A DNA stretch of 63,703 nucleotides, the filler included, from Basidiobolus meristosporus CBS 931.73 (lineage: Eukaryota; Fungi; Basidiobolomycota), in the NCBI GenBank assembly GCA_002104905.1. It is 3 parts of 3 records of this genome, joined end to end, with 100 filler letters (N's around TTAATTAATTAA, not from the genome) between each part and the next. Parts side by side here need not be neighbours in the genome. Positions count along the whole stretch, not along the records: positions 54,174 to 63,703 come from MCFE01001324.1; 2 more parts are not named here. One strand, 5' to 3'. A model generated the notes under the pieces. It made no database searches and was not told where the DNA came from. It saw only the letters and a program-made list of their open reading frames with translations. This document shows positions 60,735 to 63,703 of this stretch, piece by piece. A program made the translations under genes and the position numbers. How positions within the stretch are numbered: the first letter of the stretch is position 1; each line of letters begins with the position of its first letter.

Positions 60735-62242
60735 ATGTCACACGTACGTATATCTGTATCTCAAAGATGTCAGGACAAGCGCTAACTCCTTACACAGAGA
60801 TATGGTGGACGCTGGAAGAATGCCAAGAAAGGCCTACAGTTCACCATCATGGTAGTTGGTAAGTGTGCTCGCCGTGCTTCAACCCCCACACCTTTGTCTA
60901 ATCTTGGCGAACCACAATGCAGGTGCATCCGGTCTGGGGCGTACGACGTTTGTCAATACACTATGTGAGAAGAAAATCTTTCCCAACCGCACGGAATTCG
61001 ACCCTGAAACAGCCCATGTCCCCAAGCCTATTGAGATCCGCCCGGTGAATACTGGTAACGTTCCAGGCTAACGCCTCCATACAGCCATGGTCACTCACAT
61101 GAAAAAGAATTGGAGGAAGATAGCATGAGAATCGCACTGACTGTGGTTGATACTCCTGGGTTTGGCGACGGTATTGACAATGAAAATAGGTAGGAGCGAC
61201 CGTCAGCCTGTCTACTGCTGCCCCACTATTTACAACGCTATACAGCTTCCGAGAGATCCTGAACTACGTCGAACAGCGCTACGATATTATTCTTTCCGAA
61301 GAATCTAGGATTCGCCGTAATCCCAAGTTCCAGGACAATCGGGTCCACGCCCTGATCTACTTCATCACGCCCACGGGTCATTCGTAAGTCACCCCCCGCT
61401 CCCACCGCTTTCCTCTACATCTAACCTCAACCATGCTAGCCTACGCGAGATGGACATTGAGTTGATGAAGAGGCTTGGCCCGCGAGTCAACATCATCCCG
61501 GTCATAGGGAAAGCAGATACCCTCACCCCATCGGAATTGGCGACGTTCAAAAAACGGGTAGGTCAACCAACCGTCTCAATAGTATTCAATGCAACTAAAC
61601 AACCCCTCCCAGGTGATGGCTGACATCGAATACTATCGCATTCCTATCTATCATTTCCCCAATGACCACGACGATGACGAAGAAATGATCGCTGAAAATA
61701 ACGAGCTAAGGGTTTGTAGACCCCATTGAATGCCTCGTCTCCACCTAGCTAACTCGAGGACAGGCACTCCTTCCGTTCGCTGTGATTGGCAGTGAGGAGG
61801 AGTTTATTGTAGATGGAGTCAAGGTTCGCGGAAGGAGGTATCCCTGGGGGCACGTCGATGGTGGCTATGTCCCAACTCTTCCACGCCAACTCGTACTAAC
61901 CACCAGTTCTCAGTTGACAACCCCGAACATTGCGACTTTGATCGTTTGCGCTTCATGCTTCTCAAGTTAGTTCATCTCAACTAGACCATCATTCAACGAC
62001 AGCATTACTCATTGGAATCCCCAGCTCGCATATGACCGACCTGCGTGAACTCACTCACAATGTTCTCTACGAAAACTACCGTACTGAGAAGCTGAGCCGC
62101 ATGAGCCCCGATATGCTAGAGTAAGTCATCCCGCGACCGCCCTGTTTATATCACTGCTAATCTGTGTGGAAGTAGTGAGAACAAAAGATCCGAACCAAGC
62201 TCTCCTGTTTCCGCTGCTTCCCAACCCCCCGCTAGCCCTTGA
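60735..62242 (+). CDS. CDC11: Septin, Cdc11/AspA type, multi-exon with a 9-nt first coding exon
   Basis: [25 protein letters not shown] (Arg in the P-loop, as in Cdc11 orthologs), [26 protein letters not shown] and [10 protein letters not shown]. Confidence 0.88.
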
Positions 62243-62396
62243 GCATTGTAACGTCAGTTTGGTCGTCTTCTAATTTAATTTTATGTGACTTGCATCGAAC
62301 CCCTCTACCTATGCTATGGGCCACCATATTTAAATCTTAAATATAAATGCTGTTAATCGAACTCCACCATACGTATGCCAACATCTCTGGTCCACC

Positions 62397-63649
62397 TCAG
62401 AATATGTCTGTAGGATCCCAGCAGAATCGGGTGCGCATCTCTGTACTCGAGAGACCATCCAAAATGGCCATTTCCTTGATGAAATAGAGTTAGAGATATG
62501 TCACAGGTCACTTGGGGTAGGGGAGCAGATTTACTTGTTTGGATAACTCGGGCCCACCAACATTCAGATTCTGTTGGATTCTTTCGGGGGTCACGGACTT
62601 GGGTATGACAACAGCTCCGTGTTGTAGCCCCCACTTCAACAACACTTGACCCACACTTAGCTGATGGTTTTTGGCGATTGCTTCTACCTCGTCGATGACC
62701 AGCTCCCCATTGACCAGTCTGCCCTCGCCGAAGCTTGAGTAAGCCTGCACCTGGATACCATTACTCTGGCAAATCTTCATCAACTCCTCCTGGTAAAGCA
62801 GCGGGTGCATCTCAAACTGCGCCACCATGGGGGCGATTTCCGCGTATTCTAGTATCTCCTGGACATGCTTCACTGTGTAGTTACTGATGCCAATGGAACG
62901 TAGTTTTCCCTCTTTGTACAGCTTCTCCAAAGCTTTCCAACTACCGATTCGGTTCTCCAAGTTTTGGGGGTCAGAGAGTCGAAGCTTCTGGGTCCTGTGT
63001 CTGGTTAGTATTCAAGAGCCAGCCAACCCATTAGCATGAAGTATTTACCCGGGCCAGTGGATCAGATACAGATCCAAATACTCCAGGTTGAACCGCTTCA
63101 GGGAGCTTTCCACCGCTAGGATAGCTTGATTCATCAAATGATCGACCAGAGGTTGGATTGCTCGCCCAACTTACCTTGGTAACACTTCTCGTAGCCCTGA
63201 TCCTTGGGCGCTGAAAACAAGAGCTTAGAATCAACGAGCCACTAGGAGAGTCCAGAGGCGATTTGTACCTAGCTTAGAGGTGATAAACAGATCCTCCCGC
63301 TTCAGCTTCAGATCTTGGTCCTCGAGCAAGTCGTGTATAACTTGGCCGATGATTTCCTCGTTTTTGTAAACCGTGGCGGAATCTACTCTCGAATGGAACC
63401 CAGTTGGTTTTAGGACACTAAGTAGTATACTGCGGTTGCTGCTTACCAATCAGGCGATAGCCCGCCTTCACTGCGCTAGATATCGCATTTTTAACAAGTT
63501 CGGGATCTTTCACTCGATACGTGCCAACTGAAGACAAGATAGAAGGCCATGTTATTAGACGTAAAAGGCTCGAGCGACTGAAACTTCCACTACTCACGAC
63601 CAATGCTTGGCATTTGGAGGCCATTGCTTAGCGTGTAGCTCTTCACCAT
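62397..63649 (-). CDS. Aldo-keto reductase, multi-exon
   Basis: LSNGLQMPSIGLGTY, AGYRLIDSATVYKNE, LFITSK, YLIHWPG, LRSIGISNY, VIPKSVTPERI and terminal RFCWDP. Confidence 0.94.
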
Positions 63650-63703
63650 TGACAGCGTTTTAAACACAAGAATGAATTTTCGTCGATAGTTACCACACTC
63701 ATC

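Overview
Eukaryotic (fungal) genomic DNA. Short GT-AG introns with CTAAC-type branch points and the gene content suggest an early-diverging fungus; this is inference. The window is three segments joined by two 100-bp N gaps that carry an artificial TTAATTAATTAA linker (23329-23428, 54074-54173), so adjacency across the gaps is not proven. Segment 1 has decayed Copia, Gypsy and CMC(CACTA-like) elements at 1-7.4 kb, then a gene island: mitochondrial carrier, coiled-coil protein, ankyrin protein, small secreted Cys-rich protein, chitin deacetylase, FES1, and a possible DNA-transposon end. Segment 2 is a transposon nest that can be resolved from TIRs, LTRs and TSDs. A ~5.7-kb two-ORF CMC element (26793-50519, TCT TSD) has been expanded to 23.7 kb by five insertions: a Gypsy with an extra ORF, a foldback MITE, a PHIS/Pangu-like element, a solo LTR and a chromovirus with a self-priming signature. 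A Copia interrupted by a Gypsy follows. Segment 3 has two head-to-head SAM synthetase genes that are identical over 842 bp including the intron, then CASP/COY1, a Cdc11-type septin and an aldo-keto reductase. No rRNA, tRNA or CRISPR array was recognised. Coordinates and exon boundaries were read by eye and may be off by a few bases.
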